Below are positions 28,935-43,197 of a stretch of 64,000 nucleotides of DNA, one piece after another (the first letter of the stretch is position 1; every line of letters begins with the position of its first letter). The stretch is from the human T2T-CHM13v2.0 reference genome, Homo sapiens. The stretch lies in NCBI RefSeq assembly GCF_009914755.1, contig NC_060929.1. One strand, 5' to 3'. Position numbers and translations under genes: made by a program. The notes beneath the pieces are model-generated. The model was not told the DNA's origin, made no database searches, and worked only from the letters and a program-made list of their open reading frames with translations.

Positions 28935-29485
28935 GTTGATTTTCATAAAATGTAAATAGCTTCCTCACAAATTTGGAATAAAATCCAAATCCCTCTCTCA
29001 GCTTCCTCAGAAATTTAGAATAAAATCTAAGCCCCTGCAGGATCTTGCCCAGGGCTGTTTTTCCAGCATCATCTCACAGTGCACGCTACTTTGCTCACCT
29101 GGCTGGAGTCTTTTTAATTAATTTTGAGAACAAGTCAAATTCTTCCCTGTGCCAGAGACACTTGCATTATCTGCCCCTTTGCCTGGAAAGTTCCATTTCT
29201 CTCATTTTCTCATAATTCATTTATTAGCTAGAATATCACAACATTCCTCCAGCCCTTCCTAAACTCCCTACCTTACCCAATCATCCATACTCTATATTTT
29301 AGCTCCTGGTTTTCTTCATCACAGAACTTATTGCATTTTTAAAGTAATAAATTTGTTTGTTCAAGAATCTTTTTTTGGTAGCTATTTGTTTCTTTCCTCC
29401 AGGAGAATATAAGTTTCCTGAAGGTAGGAAATGCATCTGTCTTATTTACTGTTGGATCACAGAACCACAATAAATATTTATTTTT
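28935..29485 (+). mobile_element. L2 LINE 3' fragment
   Basis: 'ggaataaaatccaaat', 'ccctttgcctggaaag', 'gaatataagtttcctgaaggtagg...tcttatttactg...aataaatattt'. Confidence 0.7.
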
Positions 29486-29894
29486 AAAAGGAACAGATCA
29501 TTCATTCCAATATTTTCTCTCATTTCTTTCTATGTTCTCTGTTTCTATATGTGTGAAGCAGGGTTATTCCTAACCATTGAGCACATATTGAACTTGTCTT
29601 CCCTTGATCACTTTGCTGGTGTTTGCTCTATTCTCCTAATCTCTGAAAATTTTATTCATACTTTCATTTTCTCCATTAAAACTCTTTTAATTTTAATAAA
29701 CATGAGCTAGTTCTGCCTCTTTCATTATACCCCTTGTAATATGTTGTTTTTCCCTTATGGTACTTACATTTTTGCCTTGTAATATAGTTCTCTTAGCACT
29801 TATGTTATATCTATGAGCTTTGCTATCACTTTTTCAGTATCAGCTAGGATTCTTTAGTTATAGGTAATAGAAACCATCTATGGCTAGCTTAAAA

Positions 29895-29965
29895 GGAAGA
29901 GAGGGAGGAGGGAAGGAGGGAGAGAAGGAAGGGGGGGATGGAGGGAGAGAGAGAGAGAAAGAAAA
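29895..29965. repeat. GA-rich polypurine tract
   Basis: 'gagggaggagggaaggagggagagaaggaagggggggatggagggagagagagagagaaag' seen directly. Confidence 0.85.
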
Positions 29966-29970
29966 AAATA

Positions 29971-31154
29971 AAATACAACCCCTATGGAAAAATGGTATGT
30001 AGATTCCTCAAAGAACTAAAATTAGATCTACCAGTAGATCCAGCAATCACACTAGTGTGTATCTACTCAAAGGAAAAGAAGTCATTATGAAAGAAAGCAA
30101 ACACCTGCACACAGCACAAGTCACAACTGAATACATGGAATCAGCCTAAGTGCCCATCAACCTATGAGTGGATAAAGAAATGTGACACATATATATATAA
30201 TATTACATATATAATATATATCACATATATTATATATAATATATATTATATGTAAATATATATAAATTATATATGATATATATAATATATATTATCTAAT
30301 ATAATATGTAATTATATATTTTATAATATATAATATATAATATATATCGTACATAATATATATGTATATGTAATATATACATATATGTATATATGTATAT
30401 ATGTCTATATATACACACATATTGTATATAATATATATACACATATATGTCTATATACACATATATGTGTATATATGTGTATATATACATGTGTATATAC
30501 ACATATACATATGTATATATGTGTATATACACATATGCGTATACACACATATGCATATGTATACGTGTATATACGCATATGCGTATATACACGTATACAT
30601 ATGCATATGTGTATATACACGTATACATATGTATATATGTGTATATACATATGTATATACACATATATACATATGTATATATGTATATATTACACGTAAT
30701 ACATGTATATATATATTACACATAATATATATATATTATATATATTATATATATACACACACACACACACACACCATGGAATACGACTCAGGCATAAAAA
30801 TGAAGAAAATAATGGCTTTCATAGCAACTTGGTTGGAATTGGAGGCCACTATCCTAAGTGAAGTAAATGAGGGACAGAAAACCAAATACCACATGTCCTC
30901 ACTTGTAAGTGGGAGCCAAGCTATGGGTATGTAAAGGCATACAGAGTGATATAATGGACATTGGAGATGCAGTGGGAGGGTCAGGGGTGGGAGCAGAGTG
31001 AGAGATGAAAAATTACCTATTTATTGGGTACAATGTACACTATTCGAGTGACAGGTACACTAAAAGACCAGACTTTATTACTATACAATTCATCCATTCA
31101 ACCAAAAACCACTTGTTTCTCTAAAGCTACTGAAATTTAAAAAATAAAATAAAA
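29971..31154 (+). mobile_element. L1PB (PB2/3-like) 3' fragment containing an expanded microsatellite
   Basis: 'agattcctcaaagaactaaaattagatctacc...gatccagcaatc' and 'ggataaagaaatgtg', resuming 'caccatggaatac'. 3'UTR 'ctatgggtatgtaaaggcatacagagtgatataatggac', 'accaaaaaccacttg'. A-rich tail. Confidence 0.9.
30186..30773. repeat. ~590-bp compound (TA)n/(TATG)n/(CA)n microsatellite with a palindromic core
   Basis: Seen directly. It sits at the L1 'tggtatatatacaccatgg' site. Confidence 0.95.
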
Positions 31155-31949
31155 CACATGGGGCAGCTCATGGAATGGATGGAAAAGTAGAACAACCGGA
31201 CTTCAAGAAAGATAGAAATATGAAAACTCCTCAGATATCAGTATCTAAAACAAAGGAAGAGAATCATCAAGGTCCTAATGTCAGAATAAATGAACTCCAA
31301 CTGTTTTCTATCCTTACTTCATTTTACTCGGGATTACAATTCCTGAGACAGATTTTGGTTGACATAATTTGGGTTATTTGCCATCCCTTTGTCAGTAACT
31401 CAAATAAGTGTACCACCAAAATTATAGCCAAATGAAAGAAATGTGATGAGATCATTTGCTTACAGAAGATGGAAAGATGGTTCTGGGTGGGCTAACACAA
31501 CACATTTCTCCTATAGCAACGTTCAGTTAGAGGAGAATAAGCCACTTGCTCTGAACAGTTAATGGCACATAATATACGATATGCGTAATGGTACATGTTT
31601 GTTACATTGATGGCTGAAACCATAAAATAAATTTTGAAAATTTTAAATGTTATTGTTTGACTACATTATTTGTTTTGGAGGTTTTAGACTGAGAAGCAGT
31701 TATTTCTTTTAGTTGGATGCTATAATATGACTATAACTTAATGGACGATTAGTGATAGCATTTAAAATTTGGCATAATATGATGTTTTACAAGTACAAAA
31801 GGATACAATATAATTTCTATGTATTATCACATACTAGGGATAATACTAGGATAACAACTAATGTTTATCAGTTTGTTAACCTGAACTGAACTATTTTCAG
31901 TTCTATTCAGCAGAACTATGATTTAGTTCATTCAGTAATTCTGTTTCTA

Positions 31950-32236
31950 GGCAAGGTGTGGTGGCACACACCTGTAATCCCAGCACCTTGAGGGGCCAAG
32001 GTGGGAGGATCACTTGAGGAGTTTGAGACCAGCATGGCAACATAGTGAGACCCTATCTCTACAAAATATGAAAAAAATAGCCTGGCATGGTGACACATAC
32101 CTACAGTCCCAGCTACTCAGGAGGGTGAGGCAGGGGGATCACTTGAGCCCGGGAGTTGGGGGCTAGAGTGAACCATGTTCTCGCCATTGCACTCCAACAT
32201 GGGTGACAGAACAAGACCCTGTCTCTAAAACAAATA
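31950..32236 (+). mobile_element. AluJ (Jb/Jo-like)
   Basis: 'gggaggatcacttgag', 'caacatagtgagaccctatctctac', 'gatcacttgagcccgggag', 'caagaccctgtctc'. Confidence 0.9.
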
Positions 32237-33429
32237 GTATAATAATTATATTTTTAGACCACCAAATAGGTATTGAAATGCATACAACTCAGTCTAATCC
32301 AAGTTGATGGAATAGTAGTTTAAATCTAGTGCACAAAGTTCATTTATGAGATCAAAAACTACCTATAGGTTCAGCAATTCTACTTACAGTTAGTAAAACA
32401 CACTATCCGTTTGTACCCGCCACCTGCAGTATCTAATCGTTTACAGTTCTTTTTTTGTCTGGAGTTTAAGGCAAAAGATAATTGGATGGGGGCTCTGAAA
32501 CTATCAAAAAGAGAAGCAAGCCCATGTGGTGACTAGTGTTCTCCTGTGTGAGAGGACAAAAATCCAAAGAGTTGCCACCATGCTTATACATCCCAAACAT
32601 GGGCTTCTCTTCCCTCTTCCCTCTCTGTCAAGAAATTTAGTTTAAAAACTCACTTTACATAGAGAATCATGCAAATCCACGTTTCAGTCCAATAAGTAGC
32701 TCAAATGACTTTGTTTCCACACTTCAGATCAAATAGACGTTAATACTTAAAACGTACCATTTATTATTTTGTTCAATTGGCTGTTGCATGTTCATTAGAT
32801 AAAAATAAGTTACCTTGCAACATATTTAGGTTTGCCCTCATAGTTCCAAAAGATAGAAGAGTTTAAAAAAAGAACAAATGAAAGAGAGAAGGAGAAAAAG
32901 AAAGAGGGAGAAAATAATACATGTACATACATATGTGTATGCATATTTATATGAGAGCCTATATATATCACTCTGTGGACACAAACTGGTCCATTTGCAA
33001 ACAGCCATCTTATTAGCATCCCAGCTTAGCCAAATCCAAAGAAAAACTTGTTTCTTTGTTCGGTCTTTAAAAAATAAAAGCTGGTTTCTTTTTTTAAAAA
33101 AAATTACATATGTTACATATATTCATTTGATTTAAGTCCCAAAAGACATTAAATTGAAACTCTTTAAAATTAGCTTTAGAAAAACTTTTATTAATGAGTT
33201 AAAAGTAAGTTGGTTAACATAATTCAGTAAGACTTTCTTAAGGCCTCCAGTGAGCCTGACACCCTGCTAGGCATTGCTCTTCTTACTCAAAATCTCATTG
33301 TAATTTGCAAGTTCAAGTCGCTCCTCTTAAAAAAGGCATAGAAGTCAAGGTGAGATTTGTCTCCTCACCTTTCCAGTCTTTCTTACAGCTTCATGCTCTT
33401 CATTTTCCCCTTTCTTGCACATGCCTCTC

Positions 33430-33740
33430 TGGACCTGCCACTCTGAGGTTCTAACTTGTTTAAATACTGGACTTCCTTCAGCTCTCTGGTTGGGTGACTT
33501 TTCTGCTGGGAAGGCTTCCCTGACCCTCTTCTTGCCTCCCAAGTTTAGGAAATTTGTAACCTCCCACATATTCATGCACATCACCTACCATCACATTTAT
33601 CTCATTTCACTATAATTGCATGTTTGCTTATTTTTATACAGTTGCAGTGTCAACTCTGGAAAGGCATAATCTGTAACTACTTTGTTGATCATTGCAACTG
33701 CATGTAGAAGCCACTCCTTATATAAGTATTGAGTAATTAC
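33430..33740 (+). mobile_element. L2 fragment
   Basis: 'ctgggaaggcttccctgacc', 'catttatctcatttcactataattgc', 'gtcaactctggaaaggca', 'taagtattgagt'. Confidence 0.5.
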
Positions 33741-35955
33741 ATTGCTCAGAATTCTCCCTCCAACTCCTCTCACCCTTGCCAGCCCTGTTCTCAAATAAAA
33801 TGCAGCAACATCCTTTGTAAAAGCAATTCTCAAAACTAAACTGGCCTTGTATACAGTTAAGAGTCCTCTGTTATTTATTTTTTTTCCTTTTTATACTACC
33901 TGGATGTGTCTTAGCCTCTCCACCCTTTCCCCGCATTGAGCAAGTTGACTGCTATAAACAAGATGTTTCTGTTTTATATTCCGGAATGCACAACAACTGA
34001 AGCAAAGGCAAGGTGACTTTGCTGTAACTCAGCAGTCTTTTTAAAATGTTATTTTCCCCCCTTCGTAGGTCCTCAGAACACTGCCATTAAGGGCTTCGAG
34101 GTGAAGATACATTAGATTAAAAATATGGCAGACAGGGACCCTGAAGCACTTTAAGAAAGCTTGGTCTGCAGGAAATCCTCATCTTGGCTCCAATCATCAG
34201 AAAACTTGATCTTTACCAGAGGTAGGTTCATCAACCTGCATTTCTTTAAGATTTTTTTTTTAAACGAATTCCTTTCATAGGAAAAAGAGTTTTATTTTTC
34301 CCTTATTTCTAAAATGTAAAAATAAAATTAACTTTCAATATGGGAAAGATCTCACTAAAGTCTTTCTAAATTGGAATGATTTTATTCAGTAGAAAATGTT
34401 CATTTCTATATTGCCTCCTCTTTCGGAATTCCACAGGTGACTTATGGTTTATTCTAAAGAAGGTTGCTTTAAACTATGTAGTCTGCTGACAGCCATTTTG
34501 ATAAATCTGCATGCGTCTAGCCACTGAATATCTATGGACACAAAAATTGTGGTTTTTGTTTTTTTTTTTGGAAAGAGAGGTTATTCTGTTTATGAATGCA
34601 AAACAGAAGCATTTTAGGTCTGATTGAAATGGTCTGAGTAAACAATTTTCTGTTACTCTTGTCCCATCATCTCCACAAGGGAGATAAACTCGCTGTGACA
34701 GAAGGTTAGGCTTTTTGTTTCTTTGTGATTTGCAGACTTTCAGGAAAGCCACACCAGGTTAGCAGCACTTTTTCTAAGGATCTGTTTCTTAGATTCCCTA
34801 TATAAAACTTGGTTGGATTTTTTGTTTTTGATTTGTTTTCTCTTCTGGAATGATTCTCGGTAAATTTGCCAATCTCCAGAAGGGGTTATAGATACATTCT
34901 ACATGAAAAGAAGTGACACTTGGATTCAGTTGAAGATGGCACTTGAATCCTCAGGATGAATAACCATCTACAAGGATTGTGGAAGGAGAAACATCAACCA
35001 AAGTCAATAGTTCAAGCCTTTATTAAAAATTGCAACATGGGAGGCGGCTTAAAGATTGTACAGGATAAATTAAGGAAGGGCATTCAAAGTTCAATTTTGT
35101 TCCAAGAATAGTTGACTGTTTGATTTCTTGGAAGCTATGGGGAAACTTTGGTTGTGTTAATCATAGTGTCTCTCACAGTATCAAGCCATGGTGCTTTGGA
35201 TTACAGAAATATCAGTATTATCATATTACTTGAATATTTAATCCATTGGCATAATTGATAAGGTTTTATAATACATAATTTTCTGAAATGATAGATGTAC
35301 ACTGTGTTTTCACCGTAATATTTGCATCATATCCTTTGAGAGAGCAGAAGAGCGCTGTCTTCAGCTCCTGGAATACTGAGAAATAAATCTATAACTGTAT
35401 TTCACTCCCACCACTTTCACTCATACTCACACATAGATGTCTAAAATGTAGATTTCTAAATATTGAACAAATATAAATGTGTCATTGATTCAACTTACCT
35501 CAACGTAAGCTAATTATCTTTCACTTCATTTATTTTCCAGTTTTGCTGTTCTCTGTTTTCCAGGATTTATGCCACCATCATGTTTTTGATCTTTCATCTT
35601 TTTAAAAATCCTGATTATATAATTAGTCATTTATGCTAAATGTTTTTACTTTCAGATAAATCTTTTACTCACTCTTTGCAGAGTCCCAATGCAACTTAAC
35701 CTTCTTCAAGCTTTCATGCTCTTTTCTGATCTAACACATTTTATTCCTGATAGGTCTCTTTCTCTGCACCCCCAAACTGAAATTCAGCCTGTACTCAAGT
35801 AAAATAATTGGATTTCTTAAATAGTACTTCTATTGTTTCTACCAGTTCATAAAATTTTACATGCATCTCATTGCCTTATTTTTAATCTTGAACTGAATGG
35901 CATTTTCATCTCTGAAATCCCATACCATCAGTCAGTGCATGGCTTTATACTTTGA

Positions 35956-36308
<353 letters not shown>

Positions 36309-37024
36309 TGACTGCAGTTTTTAAAGGATCTATGTTCCCACAAATTTGTAACTGCCCATTCCATTTATTAATTAGAATTTGTAACCTAGTAACAAGACCT
36401 TTCAGTTTTAAGGCTTTGGATGTGGGAAAACAGGTGGAAGTTTGGAAGCAATATAGGGTAAATTACTAGTTAAAAAGCAGCCCCTTCCCACACAAAATAC
36501 AACTTTTCTGTGACAAGTGAAAGTGTGATGGAAGGGACATGGGAGAACAGATTTCAGGTAATTTAACGTTGATAAAATGAGTAACAATACTCTTTTTCTC
36601 TTTTTAATTCAAAGTATAAACTTTCACAGTGGGTCTCTTTCCTAAAGGAAATAAAGCTGCCTCCGTACACAGCTTCATCACTGGCCTGAGGGCATTTCAG
36701 TTTATTTCAGCCAATTAAAATAACAATTACTGCAGGAGGTGCTTATGGGAGTACCTTCTGCTGGTTGAGTCCCCACTACTCCTGGTATGATTAAAACTCC
36801 TCAACTTCAAGTTTTCATATCGCGATGACTACTTCTACTTCAAAAAAAAAAACTTGTACAGTAATTTGGAAGAGCACGTTCTATTTATTCCCTTCATTTT
36901 CAAATTCTTTTCTTAATGTTTTACAGACCCCTTTCTACAGTATTATAGCCTGGGCTTCACCTCTTCTTCCTCTTCTCAGAAACAGTTTGTACCTACTAAA
37001 TTATTATATAAAAGCCAGCACCAT

Positions 37025-37508
37025 TGTTAAATATAATTTATAATGAGCTAAAGTCAGAAACCGAAAAAGTAAAATAAAATAAAATGAATAAGAAACCACC
37101 GTTTTGGCCTGAACTCCTGCACTAGGTCCAACAGACCAAACCAAAACAGAGTCACTCAGACTAAACTTCCATGTAACCAAGCCAAAACTAAATGGCTTAT
37201 CTAACCTTCCCAGAAATCAGAAGAGAGATAATAGCCAAATTCCCCAGCAGGCCAGTTTTAGCTGGCATGTTGAGTCCCCTCTGCTTTAACCTTTACAAGG
37301 GAAGTAACTTTGAAAACCCAAAAAGCTTTTTGTTCCTCTGTTTCTGCTTTTCTCAGCCCTTTTCTCTCTCTAAAGCCAACCTCTTCTTTTCAGCTCATTG
37401 GAACACTCTTTCTGTTTTGTAGGATGAGGTGTTGCCTGATTCTAGAATGGCAAATTAAAGCCAATTAAGATCTTTAAAGTAAATTTGTTATAATTTTGTC
37501 TTTTGCCA
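37025..37508 (+). mobile_element. Solo ERV1 LTR (MER4 group, LTR54/LTR56-like)
   Basis: 'gttttggcctgaactcctgcactagg...aacagaccaaaccaaaa...gagtcactc', 'gtcccctctgctttaacctttacaagg'. Degenerate polyA 'attaaagccaatt'. End 'taattttgtcttttgcca'. Confidence 0.75.
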
Positions 37509-39566
37509 CCACGCTTGCTTTATTCTGTCAGGAGAACTCTGAGTTCCATTTTATTGAGTTTGTTGAAACATTTCCATAATAGATTTCCAGTGTAAGCTGC
37601 TTTATTGCTGACAGCAAAATGATAATTCCAAGCATCCTAACTTGACATATGAAAAATCTTAATGATAATACTGATTAACATATCTTTTGCATTTAAATTA
37701 CTACGTTTTTTAAGAAGAGAAAATTGTACATTTGGTGGGTTGTTTGCATAGTCAAATAAACATACATCAGGATGTGCAAGCTAGTAATTAGGTGCATTTA
37801 TCTGTTTGTGACACCACTGGAAAATAGTTTGAATGAAGACTTTAGGGGCAAAATACTCCCACTTGAATTGTCACTTCAAAAAACATGACCTCCCTTAGAA
37901 AAATCAGTGCTTATGCGTAAACATAGGAAGCATATGCCTAGTGCATGGTTACTTCAGCTACATATATTTATGAAAAATCTTTTTTTGAAATAATATATAA
38001 TTTACATTTCATAGATTTGTTTGCCTTATGTGTCATCATACTGTATTTATTTAGAGAAAAAAAGAATTATTGGACTAAGGCATTCCCATCGTCCTAAGAA
38101 TTTAGGTATTTAGAAAATATTTAGCATTTTAAGGTACTTGTACTGACCAAAGTTCAAGGAAAGGAAGGCTGAAAAATGCAAGTCGTTTCAGTGTGACATG
38201 ACTGTCTAAACAAAACATGGCAGTTCAGATATGGAGGTTTCCAGCAAATACTCTACTCAGGATTAAGCAAAGTTAGTTTTGTTTTTTGGAGGACTGTTTG
38301 TTTTTGGTGAAAATTCCAAAGTGATCATAATATTTGCTTTTTTCTAAAACATGTTTAAATCTTATCATGAATATTTATCAGTTCAACAAGTACAGATCCA
38401 CTTTAGTGTGTCAGTCAACTTGATAGTGACGTTTAAGATTGAGGCCAGACCAAAACAGCAAGTTCCCCTTTCTCTTCCCCTCCCCACCTAGCAAAGGTAA
38501 GACAATACCATACTTATTATTTTTACCCCCTACAGATTCAAGTGTTCTAGGTAATCTATGGGAAATTTGTTCTTTCTGATGCCCCAATTTTCTGATCTTC
38601 TTTTAACAGCTTTCTTCTTTTGATACCATGTAACTTTAAATATACTAACATAATAGACTATACACTATATTCAAGTCAGGCATATGTTTTAGTTGACTCC
38701 ATTTTACTGACAGGAAAGAAAAATGAATTTGTTCTTTACTTGTAAAGAGGGGGGTAGATCTGCAGAAGAGCAGCTTTTGTTCTTGTGAAGTGGGAGTGGA
38801 TGGGATGTCAGTCTGAGAATTCATTTACTGTACATCAGAAGGGTATGTCAAAATGTGAGGTGAGGGATTGTGTGCCTTAGAATAAAGAGGGGATTTCAAT
38901 AAGAGAAAAGGAAAGAGAGAACAAAAGAGAGAACATGATTGTGACAGAGATAGAGACATTTTAAGAAAGAAAAAAACAATTAAAATGAAGAAATTTTGCT
39001 CTGTTAGGTATAATTCACTCATGACTTCATGAAATCCTCAGTTAGAAACATTACTCAATAGTGCTGTTGGAGAATTTGCATTTCTAGTATTAGCTTGATT
39101 AAAAATGCATGCAGATCTGGTTATAGGAGCTGGTTGAGAGTAGGGTGATAATTTTATTATATTAATTTACATCCTGGAGATGACCTCTTCTCACTGTCTA
39201 TAGCTATGGTTTTCAATTTAGTTGAGGGGCCAAGAGGTATAAATCTGAACAATACTTCCAAAACTAATACCAGATGATACTTCCAATAAGATTTCAATCT
39301 ACAAAAGTAGATAGGCCTGTGGATTTTGAAACTACTTTGCTAGTGATTTTGATATGCATCTGTTATGGCAAGAGAAAGAAAACTAATTACTGTGATAAGC
39401 AGAGAGAAGAAATACACTAATGATAATTATTATATTTATTATACCTGAACATTGAATTTTCTTTTGGACTTTAAGCAGTATTTTAAAATATATTTGTATG
39501 TTTTCAATAAAACATGATATTTTACGATATCTATATTTGATTTAAAGAATATTATAATATTTTATG

Positions 39567-40254
<688 letters not shown>

Positions 40255-42269
40255 TAACCAATTCTTATATCACTAATTAAAGCTAGGTGCATAACATTAA
40301 ATGTAATTCAATAAAAATGTTTAAGAGCAGGTTATGGAGGTAGAAAGCAAAACAGCTATTGCTTAAAGTTTGTTATATATTTAGAGTGAAAAACAAGCAT
40401 TGCCTAAAAAACTTTTATATAATAAACATGCAGTGTTTATTATATGACCTAAGAATGGCTAGCTAAAATATTATGTGGGTTACTTGTTTCAAATGCAAAT
40501 TCTAAGTACTTATAGACTTCATCCTATGGAATTAGACTATCCTGTGTGGAATTCAAATTTGTACAAGATCTAAGTTCAAATTATGCATAATAAAATTTGA
40601 TAGCTAATCTGTACCTTTAAAACTTCTAGAAAGCTTTAGATAGGCACTCAGAAGTAGATAATTCAAGATACTGCCCTTTGCTACAAGCAGGAAATGTTGG
40701 CATTCAATAATGCTGACTGAAGGAAAGTAAACTTCTTACTTTGATTTGCCCTCATGTGGAACTATTCTCCTTGGCACAGTACCCTCCACTAAAATAAGAA
40801 CAACAGCAGCAACAATAAGAAAGAAAGTAAAACAAAAACATAACCATTGCTATTATATACACATGCGTTTATTCTACATTTATCTATTGAGTGACTCAAC
40901 TGCACATAATGACTTCTTAACATTACAGTTGCATTATTGGAGGTGAAATGACTAGTATTTTACAGTATTTTGTTAAGAATAAAGTTGACAGTAATTCATT
41001 CAATAAACATATGGAAAGTCCTTAATTTTCTTGATAGTTTGGGCTAAAATACTGTTCTCATGGATTCTTCTGGAAAATCACTTCAGTAATCTCCTTCTCT
41101 GAAGTAAGGGACTCAAGAGACTATTTTGGATGAATTGGGATAATGGAATGAAAATATAATTTAAAAATTACTTAGTAAGTTAAATCTTATTTACCTATAA
41201 AATATGTAAAGCCATTTGTTGGTTATTTCACTTCCTATTAAATAAGAATTAAGTCAAGACTTAGCAGAAGCTGTTAACTCTGAATTTCCTAAGTAATTGT
41301 AATTTCATAGACCTAGTCTCTTGATGTACAACTTCATGTTTTTAATAATTAGAAATAACAGTTGATATTTGCAAAATATCTAAAGACATAGATGATTGCA
41401 TGACAATTATCTATGAAAATTATCTCTTGGAATACAATATTTATGATCATGTTATTTTACTTTTAAAAAGTCTAACTTAATACCATATGCAGAGATCCAC
41501 TTTTTAATTATTGCAATTAAATTAATTATATATTATCATACAATAAATAAAACTATTTTGATACTACAAATGCTGTTTAGAGCTAACCAAGTACAAAATC
41601 TCTAAACTGGAAATGTTTTTTCCACAAATACTTATAATAAATCAAACACTTTAAGGTTATAATACAATACTTACAATAAATAAAACACTTTAAAGTGTTT
41701 GAATACTTGAAGCTAAATATATCAGTGTTATGACTAAATAGCAGGATATTATCAAATAGAATAAATTCTCTAAAAATAAGATAACTATAAAAGCAAGTGA
41801 AAACCTGAGAACTGATTGAAAAGAAATTACCAAGAAGTAGGTATGAACCTACTGGCAGGATGAACATAAATTTGTAAGACCTATTTGTGGATATCATCCA
41901 GAATACTTGTACCTGATGTTATGTACATTTCATTTAATCATAGAAAATATACTGAGTCAAAATTAAAATGAAACACTCAAGGATAAACTTAGTGAAAACA
42001 TTTAAAATGCAAATAGGAATCACCTAGAAATAGTACAATAGAGATTTATATGATGTGATCATAATAGCTGTGTTACTAAGACATGAAATATCTTAACAGT
42101 CCAAACATTAGGATAAATTGTTCAATGTTAGAATCAGCAACCTATTGATTGAGTTTTTTCCACTTTTCAGCCAATTATATTGTGGATTTTTAAGTTTTAC
42201 CTTTTTTGAAGAATTTGTCTACTGGTATTCGCATAAAGTTAAAGAATAAAAATTTTCCATGACACATTC

Positions 42270-42620
42270 AGGACTATCAGGATAGGAAAGTAAGACTAAT
42301 GCAGTGAGGTTTTGCAGTAGGGAAAGAGAGATTGGGCTCAACTCTGAATACAACAAGAAATAGTGGGGATTCATAGCCAAAGAGTAGAGTCAGGGGAAGT
42401 GGGGGCTGGTGGATGGAAAATTACTGTGAAGGCAGGGTAGTTCTCTGCTAAACCATGTAACAGCATTCTTGCTCAAAGATGGCCAGGGTGGTAAGATATT
42501 AACTAGGGGATAGTGAGGGATGAGAGATTTGGTCAAATATCAAGAATGATCAGACACCCGGGGTTTGCGGGGTGGGGATTCTGACTTAGGATGCGTGCTA
42601 AAACTGGACTCTACAAGGCC
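42270..42620 (-). mobile_element. MER31-like ERV1 LTR fragment
   Basis: 'gagattgggctcaactctgaataca', 'ggtggatggaaaattact', 'attcttgct...ggccagggtg', 'gctaaaactggactctacaagg'. Confidence 0.75.
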
Positions 42621-42850
42621 ATTTAAGTACAGTTAATGAGTGAGGTGGAATGGATAAGACAAGAAAGTCTCTGGTAAACTGGAGAGCAAAAGCTCCACCT
42701 CGAGGAAGCAATAGCTACTTAGATAAATTTGCCATGTAGATGTTCTGGTCTAATGCTGTGAGATTTTCCAGTTTTTCAAGACAGATTCAAAATCTAAATC
42801 ACTACTTCTCAAGATTTCTTAAATATTAGCATAGTATGCCAAGCTTTTTA

Positions 42851-43173
42851 TTTGTGTGTGTGTGTGTGTGCGTGTGTGTGTGTGTGTGTGTTTTGAAACA
42901 GTTTCTGTTGCGCAGGCTGGAGTGCAGAGGTGCAATCTCAGCTCACTGCAACCTTCGCCTCCTGTGTTCAAGCAATTCTCCTGCTTCAGCCTTCTGAGTA
43001 GCTGGGATTACAGGCGTGTGCTACCACCCGGCTTATTTTTGTATTTTTTTTTTAAAAGCCATGGGGTTTCACCATGTTGGCCAGGCTGTCTCAAACTCTG
43101 GGTCTCAAGTGATCCACCCACCTCAGCCCTCCCAAAGTGCTGGGATTACAAGTGTGAGCCACTGTGCCCAGCC
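42851..43173 (-). mobile_element. Alu, AluS class
   Basis: Alu body 42891-43173. TSD caagcttttta (42840-42850)/caagcctttta (43174-43184). Confidence 0.92.
42853..42890. repeat. (TG)n microsatellite forming the Alu tail
   Basis: About 19 TG units with one CG interruption, lying inside the Alu TSD. Confidence 0.95.
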
Positions 43174-43197
43174 CAAGCCTTTTAAAACCGTTTAAAA

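Larger units (their letters stand above)
29837..31515 (-). mobile_element. Old MLT1-type LTR split by L1PB (pieces ~29837-29899 and ~31155-31515)
   Basis: Start 'tatcagctaggattctttagttataggtaatagaaacc...tggctagcttaaa' resumes after the L1 with 'gggcagctcatggaat', 'caattcctgagacagattttggttg', 'tgggtgggctaacacaaca'. Confidence 0.55.

Noticed and set aside
30296-30934. Six overlapping ORFs up to 177 aa rich in Y/I/H/C/V
   Set aside because: Translation of the TA-rich microsatellite plus a short L1 ORF2 remnant.
38490-38560. Donor AAG|GTAAGA and a possible 15-nt microexon (acceptor ...ccccctacag, donor tag|gtaatc)
   Set aside because: The spacing is too short for a normal intron and no coherent exon or reading frame results.
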